Shown piece after piece: positions 16,685 to 25,905 of a stretch of 64,000 nt of DNA (its first letter is position 1; the number at the start of each line of letters is the position of its first letter). Position numbers and translations under genes: made by a program. The DNA is from Acidobacteriota bacterium (GTDB taxonomy: Bacteria > Acidobacteriota > Thermoanaerobaculia > Multivoradales > UBA5704): contig JBDTZG010000007.1 in assembly GCA_040005235.1 (NCBI GenBank), forward strand, positions 64,001 to 128,000, read 5' to 3'. Below the pieces are notes generated by a model. The model searched no databases. It was not told the origin of the DNA and was given only the letters and a program-made list of their open reading frames with translations.

Positions 16685-19087
16685 ATGCCGATGGATGCCG
16701 CGACGTACGAGAAGTTGGGCGCCTTTTACTTGGGGCGGCGGCGGGATGCGGCGGGGAAGCCTAGCGAGGAGCCTCTGCTCTATGACTCCCAGGATCTTCT
16801 GACCCACGCACTGTGCGTCGGGATGACCGGGTCGGGCAAGACCGGGCTTTGCCTGTCTTTGCTCGAAGAGGCGGCGATCGATGGGGTTCCGGCTCTGGTG
16901 ATCGACCCGAAGGGCGATCTGGCGAACTTGATGCTGACGTTCCCGAATCTGGCTCCGGCAGACTTTGCCCCTTGGGTCGACCCCGACCGGGCGGTGCGGG
17001 AGGGGATTACGATCGATCAGCTCGCGGCCAAAGAGGCGGAGAATTGGAAGAGCGGCCTCGCGAAGTGGGGCGAGAACGGCGAGCGGATCGCGCGCTTGAA
17101 GCAGGCGGCGGATTTTCGGATCTATACGCCAGGCAGCTCGGCGGGCTGGCCGGTTTCGATGCTTTCGACATTTACGGCGCCTCCGGCCGAGGTGCTTGAA
17201 GACGACGAGCTGCTCCGCGACCACATTGGGACCTTGGTAGGGAGCCTTCTTGGACTGCTCGGGATCGAGGCCGATCCGGTCAAAAGCCGCGAGCACATTT
17301 TGATCTCGACGATCCTCGACCGGACTTGGCGGAACGGGAAGGAGATCGACATCGCGGGATTGGTTCCGCAGATCCAGAAGCCATCATTCGACATGATCGG
17401 CGCGCTCCCGATCGAATCGTTCTACCCGGGCAAAGAGCGTTTCGAGCTGGCGATGGCGGTCAACAACCTGCTCGCCGCGCCGGGTTTTTCCGCCTGGCGG
17501 GAGGGCGATCCGCTTGACGTCGGCCGTCTTCTCTATACCGAAAGCGGCAAGCCGCGAATCGCGATCCTGTCGATCGCTCATTTGGGCGACGCCGAACGGA
17601 TGTCCTTCGTGGCGCTCCTCCTCTCGCAGACCGTGGCGTGGATGCGCACCCGGCCGGGTACCTCGTCGCTTCGCGCACTGGTCTACATGGACGAGATTTT
17701 CGGGTTTTTCCCGCCCGTGGCCGTGCCGCCCTCCAAAAAACCGCTGCTTACTCTCCTCAAGCAGGCTCGCGCGTTCGGGGTGGGGATCGTGCTCGCGACC
17801 CAGAACCCGGTCGATCTAGATTATCGGGGCCTCGCCAACATCGGGACCTGGTTCCTGGGGCGTATGCAGACCGATCAGGACAAGCAGCGCATTCTCGACG
17901 GGCTGGAGGGCGCGGTCGGAGCGGGTTTCGATCGCGGACATTTCGATGCGCTGCTCTCGGGCCTGGAAAAGCGGAACTTCCTGCTCCACGATGTCCATCA
18001 AGGTGCGCCCGAGGTTTTCGAAACCCGCTGGGCGATGTCTTATCTCAGAGGGCCCCTCACCCGGCAGGAGATCAAACGCCTAATGGATCCGCAGAAAGCG
18101 GCGGCGGGGGCGACCGACGCCGCGAAGACCCCGGTCGCCCAGCCTAGTGCGGGATTGCCTTCGGTCGCTTCAATGGCGCCGGTTCTGCCGGACGCCGTTC
18201 CCGTGGCCTTCCTGCCCGTGCGCGGTAAGCCCGCGGGGATCGCGTACCGCCCAGCGCTGTTCGGACTCGCGCAGATCCATTATTCGGATGCCAAGCGGGG
18301 CATCGAATCGACCGAAGAGGTGCGGCTGCTCACCCCGTTTGCGGCGCAGGCTCCTTGGGTCGATTGGTATGCGGGGAAAGACATTTCCGTGAGGGCCGAC
18401 GAGCTGGAGCACGAGGCGGTCGCCGCAGCGAGCTTCGCCAGTCTGCCGGGCGATGCCACAAAGGCGAAGTGCTACGCCGACTGGGAGAAGGACCTGGCCG
18501 ACTGCCTGTTCCGCACCCGCCAGGTGAACCTGTGGCAGAGCGCGCTTGGGCTAACCTCGAAGTCGGGCGAGAGCGAGCGCGATTTCCGCATCCGGCTGGC
18601 CGACCTGGGGCGCGAGCGACGGGACGCCGAAAAGGCGAAGTTGAACGAGAAATACGGCGCGCAGTTGGCGCGGATCCAAGACCAGATCCGACGCGCCACC
18701 GAGAGAAAAGAGCGGGAGGCCGCGCAATCGCACGGCCAATGGCTCCAGGCGGGGCTGTCGGTCGGCGGTACGCTTCTGGGTGCCCTGTTCGGTGGGCGCA
18801 AGCTCTCGGTCTCCAAAATGACGACGGCGGCCAAGAGCGCGACCCGGATCTATAAGGAAGGCAAGGACGTGGATGTGGCCGAAGAGAGCCTGGAGCAGCT
18901 CCAGGGGCGGCTGCACGACATCTCCGCCCAGCTGGATACGGAAGTGGCCGCTCTCGCCCAGCGCTTCGACCCGGCGACCGAGCAGCTCGCCAACGCGCCG
19001 ATCAAGCCGAAGAAGACCGATGTGGACGTCCGGCTGCTAACACTGGTCTGGGTGCCCGAACGGGGCGGAGCCGCAGCCTGGGAGTAA
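16685..19087 (+). CDS. HerA/FtsK-superfamily ATPase (DUF87/DUF853-like) with C-terminal coiled coil
   Basis: GMTGSGKT, VIDPKGD, VYMDEIFG, ATQNPVDLDY. Confidence 0.85.
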   Translation: MPMDAATYEKLGAFYLGRRRDAAGKPSEEPLLYDSQDLLTHALCVGMTGSGKTGLCLSLLEEAAIDGVPALVIDPKGDLANLMLTFPNLAPADFAPWVDPDRAVREGITIDQLAAKEAENWKSGLAKWGENGERIARLKQAADFRIYTPGSSAGWPVSMLSTFTAPPAEVLEDDELLRDHIGTLVGSLLGLLGIEADPVKSREHILISTILDRTWRNGKEIDIAGLVPQIQKPSFDMIGALPIESFYPGKERFELAMAVNNLLAAPGFSAWREGDPLDVGRLLYTESGKPRIAILSIAHLGDAERMSFVALLLSQTVAWMRTRPGTSSLRALVYMDEIFGFFPPVAVPPSKKPLLTLLKQARAFGVGIVLATQNPVDLDYRGLANIGTWFLGRMQTDQDKQRILDGLEGAVGAGFDRGHFDALLSGLEKRNFLLHDVHQGAPEVFETRWAMSYLRGPLTRQEIKRLMDPQKAAAGATDAAKTPVAQPSAGLPSVASMAPVLPDAVPVAFLPVRGKPAGIAYRPALFGLAQIHYSDAKRGIESTEEVRLLTPFAAQAPWVDWYAGKDISVRADELEHEAVAAASFASLPGDATKAKCYADWEKDLADCLFRTRQVNLWQSALGLTSKSGESERDFRIRLADLGRERRDAEKAKLNEKYGAQLARIQDQIRRATERKEREAAQSHGQWLQAGLSVGGTLLGALFGGRKLSVSKMTTAAKSATRIYKEGKDVDVAEESLEQLQGRLHDISAQLDTEVAALAQRFDPATEQLANAPIKPKKTDVDVRLLTLVWVPERGGAAAWE

Positions 19088-19202
19088 GCAAGGGGTCCCT
19101 GGCGCTTGCCTCGGCCCTCTTTTTCGCTCCTTTTGCCGCACCGCGGAAACCTGCCCGCCCAGTGGGTCGTAGTGTCGATCCTAGGAGGTGTAAGCTTCTG
19201 CC

Positions 19203-19769
19203 ATGGAAACCTTGCTCAGTGTCCTGATCGGTCTCGGACTCTCTGCCGCCTGCGGGTTTCGCGTCTTCGTCCCGATGCTGATTGCGAGCCTCGCGGCGCG
19301 GAGCGGCCATCTTCAGATCTGGTCGGGGCTCGACTGGATCGGCTCGACCCCGGCGTTGATCGCGTTCTCGGTCGCGACCGTGCTCGAAATCGCCGGCTAC
19401 TACATTCCGTGGGTCGACCACCTGCTGGACGCGGTCGCCACGCCGACCGCGGTGGTGGCCGGGGTGATCCTCACCGCGGGCGCCCTCACCCAGGGGATGG
19501 ACCCGTTCCTGCGCTGGACGCTCGCCCTGGTCGCCGGAGGGGGCACCGCCGCGGTGTTCCAGGGGGTAACCGCCTCGGTGCGGGGTCTGTCGACCCTGAC
19601 CACCGGGGGCCTGGGCAATCCGGTCGTGGCGACCGTCGAAGCGGGGGGCTCGGCCCTCCTCTCGGTGGTTGCGATCGTCCTGCCGGTCGTCGCCGTCTTC
19701 GGGATCGTCCTGCTGCTAGCGTTCGTCTCGCGGCGGCTACTCTTCCGCCGCGCGCCCGCCCGAGCGTAG
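19203..19769 (+). CDS. DUF4126-family membrane protein
   Basis: GLGLSAACGFRVFVP, EI.GYYIPWVDHLLD, TTGGLGNPVVATVE. Confidence 0.85.
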   Translation: METLLSVLIGLGLSAACGFRVFVPMLIASLAARSGHLQIWSGLDWIGSTPALIAFSVATVLEIAGYYIPWVDHLLDAVATPTAVVAGVILTAGALTQGMDPFLRWTLALVAGGGTAAVFQGVTASVRGLSTLTTGGLGNPVVATVEAGGSALLSVVAIVLPVVAVFGIVLLLAFVSRRLLFRRAPARA

Positions 19770-19788
19770 ACCCCGAAGCGAGGCGACG

Positions 19789-20937
19789 ATGGCGCGGGCT
19801 CTCTCCGAAGTCGCCGGCCGGCGGTTCAGAGGAGCCGCCCTCGCGCTCGCCATTCTCGGGCTCGCGGGCTGCGCGAGCGTAGGGGGCGCCGATCGGCCCG
19901 ATCTGGTTCGGAAGATCCGCGACCGCGGGCTCGATCCCGAAAGGATCGTGATCCCGTTCGAGGTCACGCCCGAGATGCGGGAGTGGGCCCTGAAGGCGGC
20001 GCCCGAAGGGTTGCCGCTCGAAATCCGCCTCGATCGGCTGTTCAATGCCGTGCTGCTCGATCTGAAGCCCGCCTACGTCGGCGGACGGACGACCACGGCG
20101 CCGGTGGTGTTCGCCGAGCGGCAGGCCAACTGCCTCGGCTTCACGAGCCTGTTGGTGGGCCTTGCGCGGTCGATCGGCATTCCGACGTTTTATCTCGCGA
20201 TCGACGACATCGAGCGCTTCTCCCGCGATGGCGATCTGGTCGTGATCTCGAACCACGTGAGCGCGGCATTCGACACCGGGGCGCAGACCCGGGTGCTCGA
20301 CTTCACCGTGGCTCCCGTCGTTTCCTACCGCGACGCGCGGGCACTCGACGACCTCGCCGCGGTCGGCCTCTACTATTCGAACTTGGGCGCGGAGAAGCTC
20401 CGGTCCGGCGACCTGCCCGCCGCGATCGAGCTGCTCAAGACCTCGGTGACGCTCGCCCCGGACATCTCGGGCGCCAGAGTAAACTTAGGGGTAGCCCTGC
20501 GTCGCCAGGGCGATCAGGCCGGCGCCGAGGCGCAATACCGGGCGGCGCTCGAAGCCGACCCGCTGGCGTCTTCCGCCTATCAAAACCTGGCCGCCCTACT
20601 GCGCCAGCGCGGCGACGCGGGGGAGGCCGAAGAGCTGCTGCGGATCTCGGAGCAGCAGGGATCGAGAAACCCCTACAGTTTTTTAAGTCTGGGCGATTTG
20701 GCCCTTTCGCGCAGCCGTTTCGACGAGGCGCGGCGCTTTTATCGCCGGGCGCTCGGCCTCTACCGCGAAAACGCCGAGCCGTACGCCGCGATGGGGCAGT
20801 GGGCGGTCGCCAAGGGGAACCTCGCGGAGGCGAGGAAATGGCTCAAGAAGGCGCTGGCGATCGAACCCGAGAACGACAGGGTGCGGCGCCTGGACAAGCG
20901 CCTTGCCGCGAAGTCTTCTCCGGGCGCGACGCGATGA
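19789..20937 (+). CDS. Lipoprotein with transglutaminase-like domain and TPR repeats
   Basis: Lipobox LAGC; ANCLGF...NHV...LDF Cys-His-Asp pattern; TPR motifs NLGVAL, YQNLA, SLGDL. Confidence 0.8.
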   Translation: MARALSEVAGRRFRGAALALAILGLAGCASVGGADRPDLVRKIRDRGLDPERIVIPFEVTPEMREWALKAAPEGLPLEIRLDRLFNAVLLDLKPAYVGGRTTTAPVVFAERQANCLGFTSLLVGLARSIGIPTFYLAIDDIERFSRDGDLVVISNHVSAAFDTGAQTRVLDFTVAPVVSYRDARALDDLAAVGLYYSNLGAEKLRSGDLPAAIELLKTSVTLAPDISGARVNLGVALRRQGDQAGAEAQYRAALEADPLASSAYQNLAALLRQRGDAGEAEELLRISEQQGSRNPYSFLSLGDLALSRSRFDEARRFYRRALGLYRENAEPYAAMGQWAVAKGNLAEARKWLKKALAIEPENDRVRRLDKRLAAKSSPGATR

Positions 20938-20953
20938 GATCCCGGCCCGGCGG

Positions 20954-23248
20954 ATGACCTCGGCGATCTGGCAGATCTGGGTCGACACCGGCGGTACCTT
21001 CACCGACTGCATCGCGGTCTCTCCCGAAGGGGTGATCCGCCGCGTGAAGGTGCTGTCGTCGAGCGCCCTGCGAGGCCGGTTTGCGGGGCCGATGGGAAGC
21101 CGCGGTCTGCGAATCGAAGGGCTCCCTGAGCTGCCGGCCGGTTTCTTTCGAGGGTTTGCCTTCCGCCCGCTGCTCGGAGACTCCGGCGCGGATGGCGCGA
21201 ATATCCTGGACGTCGGAGTGATCCTGGCCACCGATTGGAACACCGAGGAGAAGCGGCTCGATCTAGGGGTCGATCGGGACTCGGTCCCCTCTCTGGCCGC
21301 GCTCTCCGAGGGGGCGGCCTGCGAGCTCTTGTGCTCAGAGGAGGCGCCGATCCTCGCGGCGCGAATCGCCACCGGGACTCCTCCCGACCGGCCGCTGCCG
21401 CCGTTGGCGATGCGCCTGGCCACCACCCGTGGCACGAACGCGCTGCTCGAAAGGAAAGGCGCTCCGGTCGCCTTCTTCGTCACCGAGGGGTTCGCCGACC
21501 TGCTCGCGATCGGCACCCAGCAGCGGCCCGACCTGTTCGCGCTCGCGATCGAAAAGCCGGAGCCGCTCTACGCGCGGGTGATTGAGGTCACGGAACGGCT
21601 GGCGACGGACGGCACGGTGCTCCGGCCGCTCGACCTCGAAACCGCAAGGCGGAACGCCCGCGCGGCGCTTGGCCAGGGAGCGACCTCGGCGGCGATCGCG
21701 CTGCTTCACGCGTATCGCGAGCCGCGCCATGAGCGGCAACTGGCGGCGGCTCTGCGCGAGGAGGGTTTTTCGCGCGTTGCCCTGTCGTCCGAGCTGGCGC
21801 CCGAAATTGGCTTCCTGCCGCGAGCGGCGACCACGGTGGTCGAGGCGTATCTGGCGCCGATCCTCGGCGGCTATCTGGAGCGGGTGGCGGGCGCGCTGGG
21901 GAATTCCGGAAAAAGCTCGCTTCTGGTGATCACCAGCGCCGGAGGTCTCGCTCGCGCGGACGGCTATCGCGCCAAGGACGGCCTGCTTTCAGGCCCCGCG
22001 GGGGGCGTGCTCGGAGCAGCGGCCGCCGGGAACCGTTCCGGTTTCTCTCGCGTGCTGTCGTTCGACATGGGGGGCACCTCCACCGACGTGGCGCGCTACG
22101 ACGGGGATTTCGAGTTGCGCTTCGAGCACCGGGTGGGCGACGCGCATCTGGTCGCCCCGGCGCTTAGCGTCGAGACCGTGGCGGCGGGCGGCGGCTCGAT
22201 CTGTTCCTTGGTGGGGGATCAACGTTGCGGGCAGCTCGGCGTGGGGCCGGAGAGCGCAGGGGCATTCCCGGGGCCGGCCGCCTACGGCGCGGGCGGGCCC
22301 CTCACGATCACCGACGTCAATCTTCTACTCGGCCGGCTCGACCCGGCGCGGTTCGGAATTCCGATCGAGCCGGCCGCGGCCGAGCGGCGGATTGCCGAGA
22401 TCGCAAACCGTTTGGAGTCGGAGGCTGAGCCGCTGCTCGAAGGATTCTTGGAGATCGCGAACGAACGGATGGCCGATGCGATTCGGCGGATCTCGATCGG
22501 CCGCGGCTACGATCCGGCAGAATATGCCCTCGTCGCGTTCGGCGGAGCGGGGGCGCAGCACGCCTGCGCGGTGGCCGAGCTGCTCGGCATCTCGACCGTC
22601 CTGGTGCCGGAGGACGCGAGCCTCCTTTCTGCGCGCGGGTTGGGCGTCGCGGCGGTCGAACGCTTCGCGGTCGCCCAAGTGCTCCGGCCTCTCGACGAGA
22701 TCGAGGGCGAGCTGGCCGAACGGCTCGATCGGCTGGCGGCGGTGGCGCTGGCTGAAATTGCCGGGGCCGAGGTGTCGGGAGGAAGGGAGATTGGGGTCCG
22801 CCGCCGCATCGTGCAGATGCGTTTTGCCGGCCAGGAGGCCGCCCTCGCGATCGAGCCGCAGGGGTCCGGCGCCCAGCTTGGCCCGGACCTTCGCGTACGG
22901 TTCCTCGCCGCCTACCGCGATCTGTACGGCTATGCGCCCGAAGGACGCACGCTCGAAATCGAAGCGCTTCGGGTGGTCGTCTCGGCCGGAGGGAACGGTG
23001 AGGTGCAGTCGGCCGCGAAGCCGTCGCGGACGGCCGTGGCTTGTCGTTTGGAATCGCGCCGGGCGCGGTTTGGCTGCGTCTGGCGCGAAGTCGAAGTGTT
23101 CGAGCGGAGCGCGCTCCTGCCCGGCGATCGGTTCGCCGGCCCCTGCCTGATCGTCGAGCCGCTTTCCTCGACCGTGGTCGAGTCGGGGTGGAGCGGCCAT
23201 AAAGATGGGGCCGAAGCGCTCGTGCTGCTAAAGGGTAGTGCCCTATGA
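20954..23248 (+). CDS. Hydantoinase A/5-oxoprolinase ATP-binding half
   Basis: VDTGGTFTD, TT..TNALLE, SGPAGG, DMGGTSTD, TVAAGGGS, FGGAG. Confidence 0.92.
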   Translation: MTSAIWQIWVDTGGTFTDCIAVSPEGVIRRVKVLSSSALRGRFAGPMGSRGLRIEGLPELPAGFFRGFAFRPLLGDSGADGANILDVGVILATDWNTEEKRLDLGVDRDSVPSLAALSEGAACELLCSEEAPILAARIATGTPPDRPLPPLAMRLATTRGTNALLERKGAPVAFFVTEGFADLLAIGTQQRPDLFALAIEKPEPLYARVIEVTERLATDGTVLRPLDLETARRNARAALGQGATSAAIALLHAYREPRHERQLAAALREEGFSRVALSSELAPEIGFLPRAATTVVEAYLAPILGGYLERVAGALGNSGKSSLLVITSAGGLARADGYRAKDGLLSGPAGGVLGAAAAGNRSGFSRVLSFDMGGTSTDVARYDGDFELRFEHRVGDAHLVAPALSVETVAAGGGSICSLVGDQRCGQLGVGPESAGAFPGPAAYGAGGPLTITDVNLLLGRLDPARFGIPIEPAAAERRIAEIANRLESEAEPLLEGFLEIANERMADAIRRISIGRGYDPAEYALVAFGGAGAQHACAVAELLGISTVLVPEDASLLSARGLGVAAVERFAVAQVLRPLDEIEGELAERLDRLAAVALAEIAGAEVSGGREIGVRRRIVQMRFAGQEAALAIEPQGSGAQLGPDLRVRFLAAYRDLYGYAPEGRTLEIEALRVVVSAGGNGEVQSAAKPSRTAVACRLESRRARFGCVWREVEVFERSALLPGDRFAGPCLIVEPLSSTVVESGWSGHKDGAEALVLLKGSAL

Positions 23249-23258
23249 TTCGACCGCC

Positions 23259-23777
23259 ATGGAAGGTTTGACCGATCCCGACGGCGTTCGAGCCCCCGAG
23301 AGCCCTGATGTGCTCCTTGCCGCTTCGGCGCGCGAGCGGACCCGCACGGTATCCGGCCTCGAACGGCTGGCGCTCGGCGCGCTCTCCGGCTGCGTGGTCG
23401 CCGCGGCCTTGGCGCTTTTCGCCTTTCCTGCGGCGCGGGCGAAAGAGCCGCCCGAGGCGTTCCGCGCGGCGGGCACGGTGCTGCCGTTTCTCGCCATGAT
23501 CTTCATTCTCGCCGCCTCGCGGCTGCGCGGCATGCTGCTCAACGCGGCGCGGCGCCAGGCGAAGTTCTCCTCCTCTGCGCTTCCCGACCTGATTGCGGCA
23601 TACCGGCGCGCGATCTGGGTCGATTTCATCCTGCTCGAAGGGGTCGCCTGGCTTGGGCTGGCGATGGTTCCTCTCACCGGCTCGGTCCGCTACGCCTTGG
23701 TGCTGATCGTCGCGGCGATCCTCGGCATGGCCGTGCGCTGGCCGAGGCTGCCGGAGCTCGAGCGTCTCGCGCGCTAG
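23259..23777 (+). CDS. Hypothetical 4-TM membrane protein
   Basis: Four hydrophobic segments; fits the + strand gene run. Confidence 0.65.
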   Translation: MEGLTDPDGVRAPESPDVLLAASARERTRTVSGLERLALGALSGCVVAAALALFAFPAARAKEPPEAFRAAGTVLPFLAMIFILAASRLRGMLLNAARRQAKFSSSALPDLIAAYRRAIWVDFILLEGVAWLGLAMVPLTGSVRYALVLIVAAILGMAVRWPRLPELERLAR

Positions 23778-23817
23778 AGTCGATCGTTCTTCCTCATCCC
23801 GAATTCACGGAGGAAAC

Positions 23818-25893
23818 ATGTCCCGCCAACTCGCACTCGCCTTCGCAGCTCTCGCTTTCTGCTTCCATCCGGCGGCCCGCGCCGACGAGGGAATGTGGAC
23901 GTTCGACAACGTGCCGCGCGCGGCGATCGAAGCGAAATACGGCGTTCCGGTCACCGACGCCTGGCTCGATCACTTGCGCATCTCCTCCGTCCGGCTCGAA
24001 GGGGGCTGCTCGGGCTCGTTCGTCTCGGGCGACGGCCTCGTGCTCACCAACCATCACTGCGTCGACTCGTGCCTGCAGGAGCTTTCGTCGGCGGGCAAAG
24101 ATCTTGTCGCCGACGGCTTCTACGCCAAGACCGCAGCGGACGAGCACCGCTGCGAGGCGTTTGAGGCGTCGAGCCTGATCAAGCTGGAGAACGTGAGCGC
24201 GAAAATCGCCGCCGCAATCCGCGGGCTCGACAGCGCGGCGGCCTATCCCGTCCGCGAGGCCGAAAAAACCCGGCTCGAAACGGAATGCGAGAAAGCGTCG
24301 GGCCGCGCGGACATTCGCTGCGAGATCGTCGACCTTTACAGCGGCGGCGAAAATTGGCTTTACACCTACCGCCGTTATCAAGATGTCCGGATGGTGTTCG
24401 CGCCCGAGCTTGCGATCGCGAATTTCGGCGGCGATCCGGACAATTTCAACTTTCCGCGCTACGACCTCGACATGGCGATTGTGCGGGTCTACGACGACGG
24501 CAAGCCGCTGCATCCGGATCAGCACCTGACCTGGAGCCCCGCGGGAGCCCAGACCGGAGAGCCGGTGTTCGTGACGGGGCACCCCGGTTCGACCAACCGC
24601 CAGCTGACGGTCGAGCAGCTCCAGACCCGCCGCACCGCGATCTTGCCATTGCGGCTCTACCTCGCCTCCGAGCTGCGCGGCCGGCTGATCCAGTTCGGCA
24701 AGCTTGGACCCGAGCCGTATCGGGTGATGCTCGACAACCTGCTGCGGATCGAAAACAGCCTCAAGGTCGGGCGCGGTCAGCTCGCGGCGATCGACGACGC
24801 CGATTTCATCCGCCGGAAAGCCGAGCAGGAAACGGCGTTTCGCAAAGCCGTCGCGGCCTCGACCGATCCGCAGGTAAAGGCCGCCGCCGAGGCGTGGGAC
24901 GAGATCGCCCGCGCACATGAGATCTATCGCGCGATCTATCCGCGCTACCTTCTGGTCGAGGCTCGGCAAGGGTTTCTCGGCGATCTGTTCCAGCACGCCC
25001 GGATTCTGGTGCGCGCCGGAAACGAGCGCACGTTGCCGAACACCGAAAGGCTCCGCGACTACACCGATACGCAGCTACCATCGCTCGAACTGTCGCTCGC
25101 CTCCAAAGCGCCGATCGCGCTCGACCTCGAAGAGATGGAGCTGGGTTTCGCGCTCGAAAAGCTACGCGAATGGCTCGGCCCGGACGATCTGCTGGTGAAA
25201 AAGGTACTCGGCGATCAATCGCTGGACGAGCTGGCGCACGCCGCGGTCACGAGCACGAAGCTCACCGATCCGAATTTCCGCAAGACGCTTTGGCAGGGTG
25301 GCAAGGCCGCCGTCGATGCCTCGAACGATCCAATGATCCGCCTCGCCCGTCTGGTCGAGCCGGATGCGCGCGCCGTGCTTGACCGTTACAAAAAGGAGGT
25401 CGAGGCGGTAGAGACGAGCGCCACGGAGCGGATCTCCCGCGCCCGGTTCCTGATCGAGGGGACGAGCGTCTACCCGGACGCCACGTTCACCTTGCGCATG
25501 ACCTATGGTGCAGTCGAAGGATGGGACGAGGCCGGCAAGAAAGTCGGACCGTTCGCAACGATCGGCGCGCTCTATCCGCGCGTGACCGGCAAAGACCCGT
25601 TCGCCCTGCCGCCGAGCTGGCTCGCGGCGAAACCGAAGCTCGATCCCGGTCGAACGATCAACTTCGTCGCGACGACCGATATTACGGGTGGCAACTCGGG
25701 AAGCCCGGTGGTCGACAAACACGGCCAGCTCGTGGGACTTTGCTTCGACGGCAACATCCATTCAATCGGCGGCAGCTTCTGGTTCGATCCGACCAAGAAC
25801 CGGTCCGTCGCGGTCGATTCGGGCGGCATGCTCGAAGCGCTGCGCAGGATCTACGGCGCGGATCGCCTGGTGGCGGAGCTGACGGGCAAGTAG
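23818..25893 (+). CDS. S46-family dipeptidyl peptidase (DPP7-like)
   Basis: Signal peptide, DEGMW, TNHHC, DITGGNSGSP; FDGN (Gly, not the DPP11 Arg). Confidence 0.93.
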   Translation: MSRQLALAFAALAFCFHPAARADEGMWTFDNVPRAAIEAKYGVPVTDAWLDHLRISSVRLEGGCSGSFVSGDGLVLTNHHCVDSCLQELSSAGKDLVADGFYAKTAADEHRCEAFEASSLIKLENVSAKIAAAIRGLDSAAAYPVREAEKTRLETECEKASGRADIRCEIVDLYSGGENWLYTYRRYQDVRMVFAPELAIANFGGDPDNFNFPRYDLDMAIVRVYDDGKPLHPDQHLTWSPAGAQTGEPVFVTGHPGSTNRQLTVEQLQTRRTAILPLRLYLASELRGRLIQFGKLGPEPYRVMLDNLLRIENSLKVGRGQLAAIDDADFIRRKAEQETAFRKAVAASTDPQVKAAAEAWDEIARAHEIYRAIYPRYLLVEARQGFLGDLFQHARILVRAGNERTLPNTERLRDYTDTQLPSLELSLASKAPIALDLEEMELGFALEKLREWLGPDDLLVKKVLGDQSLDELAHAAVTSTKLTDPNFRKTLWQGGKAAVDASNDPMIRLARLVEPDARAVLDRYKKEVEAVETSATERISRARFLIEGTSVYPDATFTLRMTYGAVEGWDEAGKKVGPFATIGALYPRVTGKDPFALPPSWLAAKPKLDPGRTINFVATTDITGGNSGSPVVDKHGQLVGLCFDGNIHSIGGSFWFDPTKNRSVAVDSGGMLEALRRIYGADRLVAELTGK

Positions 25894-25905
25894 GGGAGAG
25901 ACCGG

